From: an uncultured Myxococcales bacterium
Lineage (GTDB): Bacteria > Myxococcota > UBA727 > JABDBI01
Assembly (NCBI GenBank): GCA_964493205.1
Contig: CAZBMJ010000001.1
Coordinates: 9,611 to 73,610 of the forward strand
Direction of reading: 5' to 3'
DNA length: 64,000 nucleotides
The translations under genes and the position numbers were made by a program. This document shows, one piece after another, positions 49,716-59,063 of the stretch; the first letter of the stretch is position 1; each line of letters starts with the position of its first letter. Under the pieces are notes generated by a model. It worked only from the letters and a program-made list of their open reading frames with translations, was not told the origin of the DNA and did no database searches.

Positions 49716-50360
49716 TTATTTAAGTTCTTTTTCGTTAGGCCAAACGCCTTTATAGCTTGGTCTGGAACGAAGCCGTTCTCTCCAGGAAAATAAATGAGAG
49801 TAAGCGTCTTTTTCAAGCCCATGAACCATTTCTAAAAGATCTAGAAGCGGGGTCGCCATTGTATCTGCCAGTGAATAGTCTCCAGACAAGAAAGCTCTTC
49901 TTGCTAAGTGCTTATCTAGAATATCTAGTGTTACAAAAAGTTTTTGAATATATTCGTCGTTATGAGTTTTTTCTTGTTCATTATGAAGACTTTCGTCTAG
50001 AGCATCCCATAGTTGTACAGCAAAACCGCAACTAATAAAACTAAGCCATGATAAACTTTGTGCCTTAGAGGATAAGTCTTGAAAACTTATGGATGTATCT
50101 TCAAATCTTTCAGCTAAAAATAGTAAAATAGCAGTAGTTTCAAAAATGGCGAGCTCACCACCTGGGCGATGTTCAACAAGGGCAGGTAATGTTCCAAAAG
50201 GGCTTCTTTTTAAGAAAGCTGCTGTTCTAGGTTTATCATAATCCACTTCTCTTGGGGTAAAAGACACGTTGCATTCATTAAGAGCAATTCTCACTGCTAC
50301 ACAAAATGGGGATGGTCTATATTCGTACAATGTAAACGGTGGTGCCTTTGATTGTGCCAT
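49716..50360 (-). CDS. glutathione S-transferase family protein (SspA-like)
   Basis: 214 aa with a thioredoxin-like N-terminal domain and a helical C-terminal GST domain. Confidence 0.7.
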   Translation of the reverse strand: MAQSKAPPFTLYEYRPSPFCVAVRIALNECNVSFTPREVDYDKPRTAAFLKRSPFGTLPALVEHRPGGELAIFETTAILLFLAERFEDTSISFQDLSSKAQSLSWLSFISCGFAVQLWDALDESLHNEQEKTHNDEYIQKLFVTLDILDKHLARRAFLSGDYSLADTMATPLLDLLEMVHGLEKDAYSHLFSWRERLRSRPSYKGVWPNEKELK

Positions 50361-50433
50361 TTCTCGCTCCTCTTGTTTTTAAAACAAAATCTTATAATCT
50401 ACTAATTAGTTTTAATTACCTGATGGATATTAC

Positions 50434-50829
50434 ATGAGAAAAAGTTTTTGGAAAGGACTTAGGCTTGCTGATTTAATAGTTATATTTTTCGTAGTAGTAC
50501 TTTTTATAGGGATTATTTACTATAAATACGATACGTTTGCATGCACTTCTATGCAAAGTGAAGCAAAATTTTCATTACAGCAAATCGCAGCGGCCCAAAT
50601 GCTTTATTTTAATGAGTTTGGCTCTTTTGCTACAATAAATAAATTAGAATCAGAAAAACGCATTGACTTAGCAAAACTTTATTATAATTTTGTTGATGGG
50701 CCCACAAAGCCTGGTTTTGGGTTTAGCGCAAAAGCTGTTGGAAAAGCAAAAACTTTGGTGGATGGCGAAATTTGGGAAATCGACGAAAAAAAATCTTTAA
50801 CAAATGTTGTAAATAAGTGTCAGAAATAA
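50434..50829 (+). CDS. type IV pilin-like / pseudopilin-like protein with a non-canonical leader
   Basis: Leader MRKSFWKG, then LRLADLIVIFFVVVLF (Gly at -1, Leu at +1, Asp at +5), then a pilin-like SEAKFSLQQIAAAQMLYF. Confidence 0.35.
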   Translation: MRKSFWKGLRLADLIVIFFVVVLFIGIIYYKYDTFACTSMQSEAKFSLQQIAAAQMLYFNEFGSFATINKLESEKRIDLAKLYYNFVDGPTKPGFGFSAKAVGKAKTLVDGEIWEIDEKKSLTNVVNKCQK

Positions 50830-51761
50830 GAGTTTGTCAAAAATGGCCAATACCATCTGATGCTTTTGGATTACGAGCGGATTTATATTTGCAACGAAAA
50901 ATGGGCAGAATTTCACGAAATAGGGCACAAAAAATAATTTTGAATCAAGATTTTTTGCTCAATAACCAGCCCATAAAGTCCAGTCAAAAAGTCAAAGTGG
51001 GCGAAATGGCCTGTTTGTGGAGATTTGCTCCTGATGAACCTGACAGTATTAAAGACTTTAATGTGGAAGTTATTTATGAACATAAAGATTTTTTAGTTTT
51101 AAATAAACCTCACGGATTAAATATTCATCCAAGCGCTAAAAGCCTTTATAAAACCCTCACTTTTTGGTTAAAAGTTAACTATCCAAATTTTAAGATAAAC
51201 CCAAGTCACAGGCTTGATAAAGATACCAGTGGCGTAGTGATTTGTTCAAAAAATAAAGTGACCGATGCTTTGCTTAAAAAGCAATTTTTAAAAAAACAAG
51301 TTAAAAAAATCTATTTGGCAGTAGTACAAGGGCATTTTAAGTCATCGAAAGTTATTGATATGCCCATAGCTACTCAAGAAAATGGTTTACGAATTCGCAT
51401 GGTTCACGACAAAAATGGTAAAAAAGCCATAACTAAAGTAAGAGCCGTAAAATATTGTAGCGAAACTCATAGGACGCTAGTTTTATGTAGACCATTAACA
51501 GGCAGACAGCATCAAATTCGCAGCCATTTAGCGTTAATAGGATTCCCCATTGTGGGAGATAAACTTTATGGAAAAAGTGACAGCTTTTTTAAAGCGATCT
51601 GTGCTAAAGAGCCACAAGCATGGGCTTTGTTAGAACATGAACGCCATGCCTTACACGCATTTAAGCTTATGATTACTATTAATGAAAAAAAATATATATT
51701 TAGGGCAGATATACCCAAGGATTTTTACCGCTTAAAATTATTTGCAAAACCCTCTTGTTAA
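50817..51761 (+). CDS. RluA family pseudouridine synthase with an S4 domain (RluC/D-like)
   Basis: HRLDKDTSGVVI catalytic motif and an S4-like N-terminus. GTG start overlapping the upstream gene. Confidence 0.8.
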   Translation: MSEIRVCQKWPIPSDAFGLRADLYLQRKMGRISRNRAQKIILNQDFLLNNQPIKSSQKVKVGEMACLWRFAPDEPDSIKDFNVEVIYEHKDFLVLNKPHGLNIHPSAKSLYKTLTFWLKVNYPNFKINPSHRLDKDTSGVVICSKNKVTDALLKKQFLKKQVKKIYLAVVQGHFKSSKVIDMPIATQENGLRIRMVHDKNGKKAITKVRAVKYCSETHRTLVLCRPLTGRQHQIRSHLALIGFPIVGDKLYGKSDSFFKAICAKEPQAWALLEHERHALHAFKLMITINEKKYIFRADIPKDFYRLKLFAKPSC

Positions 51762-51803
51762 ATTTATTTAGAGGTTTTATTTATTATCACTAGCTATTAT
51801 TAG

Positions 51804-51879
51804 GGGCCTGTAGCTCAGCGGTAGAGCATTCGGCTCATAACCGACAGCGCGCTGGTTCGAATCCAGCCGGGCCCACCAT
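51804..51879 (+). tRNA. tRNA-Met (anticodon CAT); elongator Met or lysidine tRNA-Ile2 cannot be told apart
   Basis: Cloverleaf reading GGGCCTG / CGGGCCC-A-CCA, anticodon loop CTCATAA, T-arm GCTGGTTCGAATCCAGC. Confidence 0.8.
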
Positions 51880-51919
51880 CATTACAAAGCTACTTACCTA
51901 TTACTTAAAGAGAGACCTT

Positions 51920-52648
51920 ATGGATGTCAAAGAACAAGTAGTGCTTTTGTCTGAAATTTGCCGACACGACTTAGCTTTAATGGCGAGTAAAAATAAAATT
52001 AATCAGTTAACTAAAGAAACCAGTACAGCTAGTAAAAACGTTGGTAGTCTAGAAACATCTATTGAAGATTTACTTAAAAAGAAAGAACAAAATTTACAGA
52101 GATCACGTTTGCTTGATCAAAAATTACAAGAAGAAAAAGTTAGTTTAAGAAAATGGGAAACGAGAGCTGAAAAAATTAAAGGTGAGCGTGAATATACAGC
52201 TTTAACAAGCGAAATAGCGTCACAAAAAAGAAGTATATTTGGCGTAGAACATGAATTGTCAGAAGTTAATAACGAAATTAAAGCGGTTTTACATCAAATA
52301 CAAAAGCTCTCTGGTGATAAAGAGCAAAATGTAGGTAGGGCAAAAGATTCTTTTGATGCTGTAAAAGAGCTTCTAGATCAAGAAAATGAATATGTTTTAG
52401 GTGTGGAAAAAGCAAAAAATATATTACTTGATAAGCTTCCTGCTATGGTTAAATCTAGTTATAGTCGTATTTATAAAAACCGTAATTTTTCTGCTATAGC
52501 TTTTGTGGACCAAGCTGTTTGTCAAGCGTGCATGAGAAGAATTCCTCATGAAATATCTATTAAAGTTTATCGGTGTGAAGGCTTAGAACAATGCCCTTCT
52601 TGTCAAAGGTTTTTAGTCCCTACTCTGGTGCAAGAATCGCAGGGGTAA
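51920..52648 (+). CDS. C4 zinc-ribbon coiled-coil protein (DUF164/COG1579-like)
   Basis: Coiled-coil body ending in CQAC...C...CPSCQ. Confidence 0.6.
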   Translation: MDVKEQVVLLSEICRHDLALMASKNKINQLTKETSTASKNVGSLETSIEDLLKKKEQNLQRSRLLDQKLQEEKVSLRKWETRAEKIKGEREYTALTSEIASQKRSIFGVEHELSEVNNEIKAVLHQIQKLSGDKEQNVGRAKDSFDAVKELLDQENEYVLGVEKAKNILLDKLPAMVKSSYSRIYKNRNFSAIAFVDQAVCQACMRRIPHEISIKVYRCEGLEQCPSCQRFLVPTLVQESQG

Positions 52649-52651
52649 AAA

Positions 52652-53866
52652 ATGTTTTTAAAACAATCTGACGAACTTATTTATAATCTTATTAAGTCTG
52701 AAGAGCTTAGACAAAAAAACACGCTATCTTTAATCGCCAGTGAAAACATTACCTCAAAAAGTGTTAGAGAAGCAGTAGGTAGTGTCTTTACTAATAAATA
52801 TGCAGAAGGTTACCCCAATAAAAGATACTATGCAGGGTGTGAATTCAATGACGAACTTGAACAAGTTGCGATTGATAGAGTAAAAAAGCTTTTTAATGCG
52901 CAAGCTGCCAATGTGCAGCCTCATTGCGGATCCAGTGCTAATTTAGCTGCTTATTTTGCTTTAGCTAACACTGGCGATACGATACTAGCCATGGATTTAG
53001 ATCATGGTGGTCATTTAACCCATGGCGCTAGTGTTAATTTTAGCGGTAAATTATTTAATTTTGTTCATTATGGCGTTAGCAAAAAAGACTCTATTATAGA
53101 CTACGAACAAGTCCGTGAATTGGCATTACTACATAAACCAAAAATAATTATTGCGGGAGCTTCGGCCTATAGTAGATTTATTGATTTTGCTAAGTTTAGA
53201 GCCATAGCAGATGAATGCCAAGCATATTTTTTAGTTGATATGGCTCATATTGCTGGTTTGATAGCTGCTGATCAGCATCCTTCTCCAGTGCCATATGCTG
53301 ATATTGTAACTTCTACCACTCATAAAACCTTAAGAGGACCACGAGGTGGTTTAATACTTTGCAAAGAAGAATTTAAGAAAAAGATCAATAGCTTAGTTTT
53401 TCCTGGAATGCAGGGTGGACCACTTATGCACGAAATTGCAGGCAAAGCTGTTTGTTTTAACGAAGCTTTAAGCCCAAAGTTCAAAGAGTATCAAAAAAAT
53501 ATAGTAAGTAACGCCAAAATTTTGGCTGAAACGTTAATCAATAATGGCATGAATTTGGTATCTGGTGGCACTGATAATCACTTAATTTTAGTTAACTTAC
53601 AAAATAGTGGTTTGACAGGTAAAGAAGCTGAAGGAATGCTTAACGAGATAGGTTTGATCGTTAATAAAAATAAAATTCCTTATGACGAAACTCCAGCAAC
53701 TATCACTAGTGGCATACGTTTAGGCACACCAAGTATAACTTCGAGAGGGATGCTTAAGCCGCAAATGCAGATAATAGGCCAAATTATTGTTGATTGCCTC
53801 AAAAAAAGATCGAGCAATGCTAGCCTAAAGCAAAAAGTTTTAGAATTAGCAAATGATTTTATCTAG
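52652..53866 (+). CDS. glyA: serine hydroxymethyltransferase
   Basis: [21 protein letters not shown] and [12 protein letters not shown] (the PLP-binding Lys). Confidence 0.95.
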   Translation: MFLKQSDELIYNLIKSEELRQKNTLSLIASENITSKSVREAVGSVFTNKYAEGYPNKRYYAGCEFNDELEQVAIDRVKKLFNAQAANVQPHCGSSANLAAYFALANTGDTILAMDLDHGGHLTHGASVNFSGKLFNFVHYGVSKKDSIIDYEQVRELALLHKPKIIIAGASAYSRFIDFAKFRAIADECQAYFLVDMAHIAGLIAADQHPSPVPYADIVTSTTHKTLRGPRGGLILCKEEFKKKINSLVFPGMQGGPLMHEIAGKAVCFNEALSPKFKEYQKNIVSNAKILAETLINNGMNLVSGGTDNHLILVNLQNSGLTGKEAEGMLNEIGLIVNKNKIPYDETPATITSGIRLGTPSITSRGMLKPQMQIIGQIIVDCLKKRSSNASLKQKVLELANDFI

Positions 53867-53974
53867 TACCATGTTTTGTTAATGTCAGATGAGGCACATT
53901 AAGAAGAAAGACAAATATGGCTTACAGTACCATAATAAAAAACGTAAAAATTATATTGTTTTAGTTAATTAAAT

Positions 53975-54003
53975 TTGACAAAAAATGTTACCGTTTGTAC
54001 AAT
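53975..54003 (+). promoter_or_regulatory. sigma70-type promoter with operator-like palindromes for the TA operon
   Basis: TTGACA, 17 nt, then TACAAT. Perfect palindromes TTGTACAA and CAATATATTG overlap the -10. Confidence 0.55.
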
Positions 54004-54027
54004 ATATTGCACAGATAGGTAAGCTGA

Positions 54028-54327
54028 ATGATTAAAATTTATCGAACTATTGAATTTATTGAATGGTTTTCGCTAGAAAGTGAGAAATCGAAAGTTCAAA
54101 TTGATGGTCGCCTATCAAAAATTCAAGATGAAAATTATTTTGGTTCCCATAAATTTGTTGGTGATGATAAAGCTGAAGTATGGGAACTTAAATGGAAAAA
54201 TGGTCGCAGAGTTTATTATGCTTACCTGCCAGAAAGCCAGATTTTAGTTTTATTTTGAGGAATAAAAAATGCTCAAAAAAAAGATATTAAAAACGCAAAA
54301 AGCCTCTACACTAAATATGTTGAATAA
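54028..54327 (+). pseudogene. RelE/ParE-superfamily 'addiction module killer' toxin gene with an in-frame TGA at the conserved Cys codon
   Basis: The ORF stops at 54256-54258, but the same frame continues as GIKNAQKKDIKNAKSLYTKYVE*. That matches the canonical family C-terminus ..LLCGGDKSTQQKDIKKAK.. with TGA where Cys normally sits. Confidence 0.6.
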
Positions 54328-54607
54328 TCATAAACCAAAAAAGCTAAAATTAAATGCCGATGTAAAACCTTATAACCCTACTAAAGCACTGTTAGATGAA
54401 AATAGAATAGGTAAAGCTATTTGGGAGTGTCTTAAAAATGGTGATACTGAAGGTGTTATTGAAGTGATCAGTATTCATCTTGAGGCACTGAATAAAACTC
54501 AATGTATACAAAATGCACAGATACCTAAAACAACTTTTTATCATACTTTGAGAAGTAAAAATCCAACTCTTAAGACGCTTGCAAAGCTTATTCATGCTTG
54601 TGCATAA
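54269..54607 (+). CDS. HTH 'addiction module antidote' antitoxin
   Basis: 112 aa with a C-terminal HTH (TTFYHTLRSKNPTLKTLAKLIHA). Overlaps the toxin's 3' end in a different frame. Confidence 0.6.
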   Translation: MLKKKILKTQKASTLNMLNNHKPKKLKLNADVKPYNPTKALLDENRIGKAIWECLKNGDTEGVIEVISIHLEALNKTQCIQNAQIPKTTFYHTLRSKNPTLKTLAKLIHACA

Positions 54608-54789
54608 CTATGTTCAAAGCACATTGGATGTTGGCAAGTGACGAATTAAAAATTTCATATATTTATTAACCCATTATTTATTATTACAACTTTATATAGT
54701 AAAAATATGCCTTATGAACAAGCGATCTGAATGAAACTTTCGTTTTTATGGTTTCAATAAAGTTAAATTTTAAAAAAAGAGGTGTTGCG

Positions 54790-56055
54790 TTGATTAAACT
54801 TAGCCAAGGCGTAGTTGTTATGGGTGGTCAATGGGGAGATGAAGGCAAGGGCCGCTTGGTTGATACTATAGCCGAATATTGTGATGTGGTCGTCAGATTT
54901 CATGGTGGAAATAATGCCGGTCACTCTTTGCATATTGGTAACTCTTCTTTAATATTGCATCTTATACCTTGTGGGATTGTTCGGCCTAATAAACTTTGTT
55001 TAATTGGCAATGGTGTAGTTTTTGATCCACAAATATTTTTTGAAGAAATTTTAAAACTTGAACAAAATGGCATAAAAGTTAGTAATGAAAATCTTAAAGT
55101 TTCTTACGACGCTCATATAATTTTTCCTTTTCATAAGTCTCTTGATTCACAGCGCGAAGCAAGTGCTCATGGTTTAGGTACTACTAAACGTGGCATTGGG
55201 CCCTGTTACGAAGATAAAATAGCCAGAGTAGGTATACGAGCTAAAGACTTAGTATGTAAAAATATTTTAGAGAAAAAACTTTCTTTTTTTGCAGAAACTA
55301 AAAATATTAATTTAAATGAGCTGTTAGTAGAATTTTTGCACTATGGTGAAAAACTAAAACCATTTTTAGCAGATGTTGGCGAAATCCTACAGCAAAGCTT
55401 TGATAATAATAAACGAGTTTTATTTGAAGGTGCACAGGGTGCATTATTAGATGTAGATCATGGTACCTATCCGTTTGTTACTTCGTCTAACTGCGTAGCT
55501 GCCCAGGCGTCTATTGGTTCGGGTATAGGCCCAAACTATTTGCAAGATATTTTTATGGTTTCAAAAGCTTATTGTACTAGGGTAGGCGATGGTCCTTTCC
55601 CCACTGAAGGCACAAGTGCTGAGCAAGAAGTGATCAGGGCTAGAGGTTTTGAATATGGGGCTACAACTAAGCGTCCACGTAGATGTGGTTGGCTTGATCT
55701 GCCTGCACTTAGATATGCCGCTAGAATTAACGGTGCTACTGGAATTTTACTGACTAAAATAGATATTTTATGCGATATGGGTCCAATAAAAGTATGTGTA
55801 GGATATAAAGATTGTTTGGGTAATACTATTTATAATTTTGCAGAGGTTTTAAAACTTATTCAACAAAATGAAAAAGTTTATCCTCATTATGCAGAGTTTA
55901 ATAACTTGCCAGCTATGCCAAATAGCGTTAAGCAAACAAGTGATTTATCAAAAGAAGCACAGGAATTAATTTTATTAATTGAAAAAGAAGTGAAAGTGCC
56001 TGTAAAAATGTTATCATTTGGTAAAGAAAGAGGTAAAGAAATTTGGTTTAATTGA
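54790..56055 (+). CDS. purA: adenylosuccinate synthetase
   Basis: GGQWGDEGKG P-loop. A TTG start at 54790 is preceded by AAGAGGTG. The listed ATG at 54748 would add an atypical 14-aa extension. Confidence 0.9.
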   Translation: MIKLSQGVVVMGGQWGDEGKGRLVDTIAEYCDVVVRFHGGNNAGHSLHIGNSSLILHLIPCGIVRPNKLCLIGNGVVFDPQIFFEEILKLEQNGIKVSNENLKVSYDAHIIFPFHKSLDSQREASAHGLGTTKRGIGPCYEDKIARVGIRAKDLVCKNILEKKLSFFAETKNINLNELLVEFLHYGEKLKPFLADVGEILQQSFDNNKRVLFEGAQGALLDVDHGTYPFVTSSNCVAAQASIGSGIGPNYLQDIFMVSKAYCTRVGDGPFPTEGTSAEQEVIRARGFEYGATTKRPRRCGWLDLPALRYAARINGATGILLTKIDILCDMGPIKVCVGYKDCLGNTIYNFAEVLKLIQQNEKVYPHYAEFNNLPAMPNSVKQTSDLSKEAQELILLIEKEVKVPVKMLSFGKERGKEIWFN

Positions 56056-56065
56056 TTTTTAGTTG

Positions 56066-56094
56066 TTGACAATTATTCTAAAAGATTTTAGTAA
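56066..56094 (+). promoter_or_regulatory. possible promoter for the tRNA cluster
   Basis: TTGACA, 17 nt, then TAGTAA. The -10 is weak. Confidence 0.3.
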
Positions 56095-56133
56095 AAAGCA
56101 TTGCTAATTGAAGTGATAGACGATGAGTAAGAA

Positions 56134-56208
56134 GCTGGCGTAGCTCAATGGTAGAGCATCTGCCTTGTAAGCAGGAGGTTGCGGGTTCAAGTCCCATCGT
56201 CAGCTCCA
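56134..56208 (+). tRNA. tRNA-Thr (anticodon TGT)
   Basis: Acceptor GCTGGCG/CGTCAGC, anticodon loop CTTGTAA, CCA encoded. Confidence 0.85.
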
Positions 56209-56215
56209 AAAATAT

Positions 56216-56301
56216 GCAGGGATGCCCGAGCGGCCAATGGGAGCAGACTGTAAATCTGCCGGCGCAAGCCTTCGAAGGTTCGAATCCTTCTCCCTGCACC
56301 A
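56216..56301 (+). tRNA. tRNA-Tyr (anticodon GTA), long variable arm
   Basis: Acceptor GCAGGGA/TCCCTGC, anticodon loop CTGTAAA, 86 nt, CCA encoded. Confidence 0.85.
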
Positions 56302-56307
56302 ATTTTC

Positions 56308-56383
56308 GCGGGAATAACTCAATTGGTAGAGTGTCAGCCTTCCAAGCTGAATGTCGCGGGTTCGAGCCCCGTTTCCCGCTCCA
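56308..56383 (+). tRNA. tRNA-Gly (anticodon TCC)
   Basis: Acceptor GCGGGAA/TTCCCGC, anticodon loop CTTCCAA. Confidence 0.85.
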
Positions 56384-56387
56384 TTTG

Positions 56388-56464
56388 GCTGCCATAGCTC
56401 AGTTGGTAGAGCACGTCCTTGGTAAGGACGAGGTCACCAGTTCGATCCTGGTTGGTAGCTCCAA
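56388..56464 (+). tRNA. tRNA-Thr (anticodon GGT)
   Basis: Acceptor GCTGCCA/TGGTAGC, anticodon loop TTGGTAA. Confidence 0.85.
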
Positions 56465-56530
56465 ATATTGTTTGTTTTTTGTCTCGATTTAATTTTTGAA
56501 ATAGTGTATTTGTATTAAGAAGGTTTTTAT

Positions 56531-56607
56531 AGGTCACTGGCTCAATTGGTAGAGCATCGGTCTCCAAAACCGAGGGTTAGGGGTTCGAGTCCCTTGTGGC
56601 CTGCCAT
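56531..56607 (+). tRNA. tRNA-Trp (anticodon CCA)
   Basis: Acceptor AGGTCAC/GTGGCCT, anticodon loop CTCCAAA. Confidence 0.85.
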
Positions 56608-56622
56608 CCTTTGGAGGAAAAT

Positions 56623-57012
56623 GTGAAATCTTTAGGTGCACGGGTTTTCGTGTTTTTTATGTTTGCAACTTCTATGGTTGCCTTGGCTTTTAGTTTTGCC
56701 GCAAGAGATATATTTTCTTTTTTACAAGTAAATAATATTGAAGTATTGGGTGATTCTTTTAGATTAAGCTCTTTAGTTGGGGTATCTTTCGCCATTTTGC
56801 TTGGTTTATTCTTTGGTATATTTTACCCAAAATCAAGACATTATGTAGAACAATGTGTAGCAGAATTTGATAAAGTTGCGTGGCCGTCATTGCCTGAAAC
56901 TAAAAAAGCTACTCTCACAGTGGTTATGGTATCTTTTATAGCTTCATGTATTTTGGGTGTTTTTGACACAGCTTTTTCATGGCTTACAAGTCATAACTTA
57001 TTTATGTGGTAA
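56623..57012 (+). CDS. secE: preprotein translocase subunit SecE (three-TM, E. coli-type)
   Basis: GTG start 5 nt after GGAGG. Conserved C-terminus FDKVAWPSLPETKKATLTVV. Three predicted TM helices. The listed ATG at 56596 lies inside tRNA-Trp. Confidence 0.75.
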   Translation: MKSLGARVFVFFMFATSMVALAFSFAARDIFSFLQVNNIEVLGDSFRLSSLVGVSFAILLGLFFGIFYPKSRHYVEQCVAEFDKVAWPSLPETKKATLTVVMVSFIASCILGVFDTAFSWLTSHNLFMW

Positions 57013-57045
57013 AAATAGTATATTTTTTAATAACTTAGCTTTTCA

Positions 57046-57075
57046 AAAGACTTATATTTAAGTCTTTTTTATTTT
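57046..57075 (+). terminator. intrinsic terminator/attenuator between secE and nusG
   Basis: AAGACTT atattt AAGTCTT followed by TTTTTTATTTT. Confidence 0.5.
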
Positions 57076-57147
57076 CCCCGTGGGCTCTTGCATTTAATTG
57101 AAGCAAATGACAGACTCTCGCTTGTATAATTTAAGGTAAAATACATT

Positions 57148-57738
57148 ATGACTACAGAAGATAATGAAAATTTAGATACAGAAATTGAAATTGAGCCACA
57201 AAATCCAAACATGAAATGGTATGTTCTTCATACTACTTCTGGCATGGAAAATAAAGTTAAAGCCTCGTTGGAAGAAAGAATCGCTAAGTTTGGTTTTGCT
57301 GAAAAGTTTGGCGAAATTTTAGTTCCCACAGAAACTGTAGAGCATGTAAAAAATAATGTTCGTAGAATGGCGAGCAGAAAGTGCTTGCCAGGATATGTAA
57401 TTTTACAGATAGAGCTTAACCCAGAAACCAGCCAGCTAGTAAGAGCCACATCTAAAGTTTTAGGGTTTGTTGGTGGTAGTAAAAAAATGCCTCTGCCTAT
57501 TACTAAAAGAGAAGCAGAAAGAATGCTGCAACTTGCCAAAGGTGTAAAAACTACGGTAGTAAGCATAGACTTTAATGAAGGTGAAAATATTAAAATAATA
57601 GATGGTCCGTTTGCTAATTTCCAAGGTGTTATTGAAGAAGTCAAATCAGATAAGAAAAAACTTAGAGTTATGGTATCTATTTTTGGACGTTCCACCCCAG
57701 TTGAGCTTGACTTTGCTCAGGTTGAAAAAGTGCGTTAA
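57148..57738 (+). CDS. nusG: transcription termination/antitermination factor NusG
   Basis: NGN domain ([15 protein letters not shown]) and a C-terminal KOW domain. A perfect TATAAT sits at 57125-57130. Confidence 0.9.
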   Translation: MTTEDNENLDTEIEIEPQNPNMKWYVLHTTSGMENKVKASLEERIAKFGFAEKFGEILVPTETVEHVKNNVRRMASRKCLPGYVILQIELNPETSQLVRATSKVLGFVGGSKKMPLPITKREAERMLQLAKGVKTTVVSIDFNEGENIKIIDGPFANFQGVIEEVKSDKKKLRVMVSIFGRSTPVELDFAQVEKVR

Positions 57739-57809
57739 GATTATTTATTGTTTATAATTTTATTAAGTCATATTTTTTAATATGGCTTTTTGTTTATTTG
57801 AAGGTTTAT

Positions 57810-58805
57810 ATGAAAAAATTAATTCTATTTCTTTTAATTTTTAGTTTTTTAGGTGCAAATTGCGATATTAATCAATCACCTAATGCACCAGCAGTTACTT
57901 CAATTAATCAAAATATTGGAAAAGATCTAGTTATAGGGGAGACCACAATATCCAATGGCGAGAAAGTTTATTTTGGGTTTGAAATCATTGATAAAGATAA
58001 TTACCAATTTTGGCATCAGTATAGAAGAGAAGCCCGCGATATAGCAAATATTCTTAGGATATATCCTCTAAGAATTGAGAACATAAACATTGAAAAAAAC
58101 CGTAAATTTTTAGACTATCCTAACGCGTTAGCTACTAGCCTTGGATATACACAAGAAGAGCATCACGAACTAATAAATTTTTTTAAAAATAGCCCTAAGA
58201 ATATAGCAGAAGAAGATAGAGAGGATAATTATTTTTATGAATTATTTGAAGGAGTAGGGAATGGCTTTGGGGGAATGGATCTTGCAGAAAGCTCGGGCCA
58301 AGGGAAGCGTTCTTTTTATATGATTTATGCATCCAAAATTCCAATTACAAAACGTTTTAAAAATGAAGATTATGATAAGAGCCTAAATTATAGGAAAAAT
58401 TTTGGTAATATTATTATGAGTATGTCAGGAATAACAGCTTTCGATGTTCCTACAGTAACGCATACCGGGATTGCTAGAAATCCTATAGAGTTCTTAGCTG
58501 ATAAATTACAATATCCTAAGATTTCCATGGAGTTGCATGGCTTTGGAGCTCAGGTTTGGTTAAAATTTTTTGAAGATAAAAAATATATGATTACACGCCC
58601 ATTAGACCATATGGCAGAGATTTTTAACAAATCTGGGTTAAAGATAAACGATAACTTTTGGCTTAAAAATCTACCAGCTCAGCTGCAGGCGTTGAAAGAT
58701 GCTAAAAAAGACTTCAATTTTTCTTTAGGCGGTATTCAGGACTTAACTACAGTTACCCTTGAAGCATTAGCTAAGTTTTATAAAGGCAGTGTTGATTTGC
58801 CTTAG
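57810..58805 (+). CDS. hypothetical secreted protein or lipoprotein inserted between nusG and rplK
   Basis: Signal peptide MKKLILFLLIFSFLGANC. RBS GAAGGT. No recognisable domain. Confidence 0.5.
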   Translation: MKKLILFLLIFSFLGANCDINQSPNAPAVTSINQNIGKDLVIGETTISNGEKVYFGFEIIDKDNYQFWHQYRREARDIANILRIYPLRIENINIEKNRKFLDYPNALATSLGYTQEEHHELINFFKNSPKNIAEEDREDNYFYELFEGVGNGFGGMDLAESSGQGKRSFYMIYASKIPITKRFKNEDYDKSLNYRKNFGNIIMSMSGITAFDVPTVTHTGIARNPIEFLADKLQYPKISMELHGFGAQVWLKFFEDKKYMITRPLDHMAEIFNKSGLKINDNFWLKNLPAQLQALKDAKKDFNFSLGGIQDLTTVTLEALAKFYKGSVDLP

Positions 58806-58859
58806 TTTAGTTAGTTATATCCTATTGCTATTTGGCTTATTTTTGTTAAGACAAGAGCA

Positions 58860-59050
58860 AAAGTGTGTAGGTGGCAGCTTAGGGAGTTAATGCAGAAAAT
58901 CTCTAGTCTCTACGTGCCACGCCTTGTGCGAGGCATCCAGGTAATTAGTTTTCTGGATACCGTGAACAAGTCACGGTACGTAGGAATAGCTAAATTCCTT
59001 AAATTGCTACCTATAAAACCACAGTGGGAGCTTAAAAAGCGTTAGTACCA
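58860..59050 (+). promoter_or_regulatory. candidate structured leader upstream of rplK (L1-operon autoregulatory RNA?)
   Basis: A locally GC-richer, self-complementary segment (GTGCCACGCCTTGTGCGAGGCATCCAGG ... CCGTGAACAAGTCACGGTACG) in an AT-rich genome. The listed 60-aa ORF here has no RBS. Confidence 0.3.
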
Positions 59051-59063
59051 CAAAGGAGAAAAC

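Noticed and set aside
49716-50360. GST gene as a horizontally acquired island because it looks GC-richer
   Set aside because: By eye the difference from neighbouring housekeeping genes is small and could reflect amino-acid composition. It is not supportable without computing GC3.
56078-56795. ORFs 56078..56395 (-), 56148..56492 (+), 56334..56567 (-) and 56577..56795 (-) in the track
   Set aside because: They overlap five clearly folded tRNA genes on either strand. The signal there is tRNA, not protein coding.
58863-59045. 60-aa ORF between the inserted gene and rplK
   Set aside because: No RBS and no conservation signal. The region looks like structured leader RNA, and is reported as such with low confidence.
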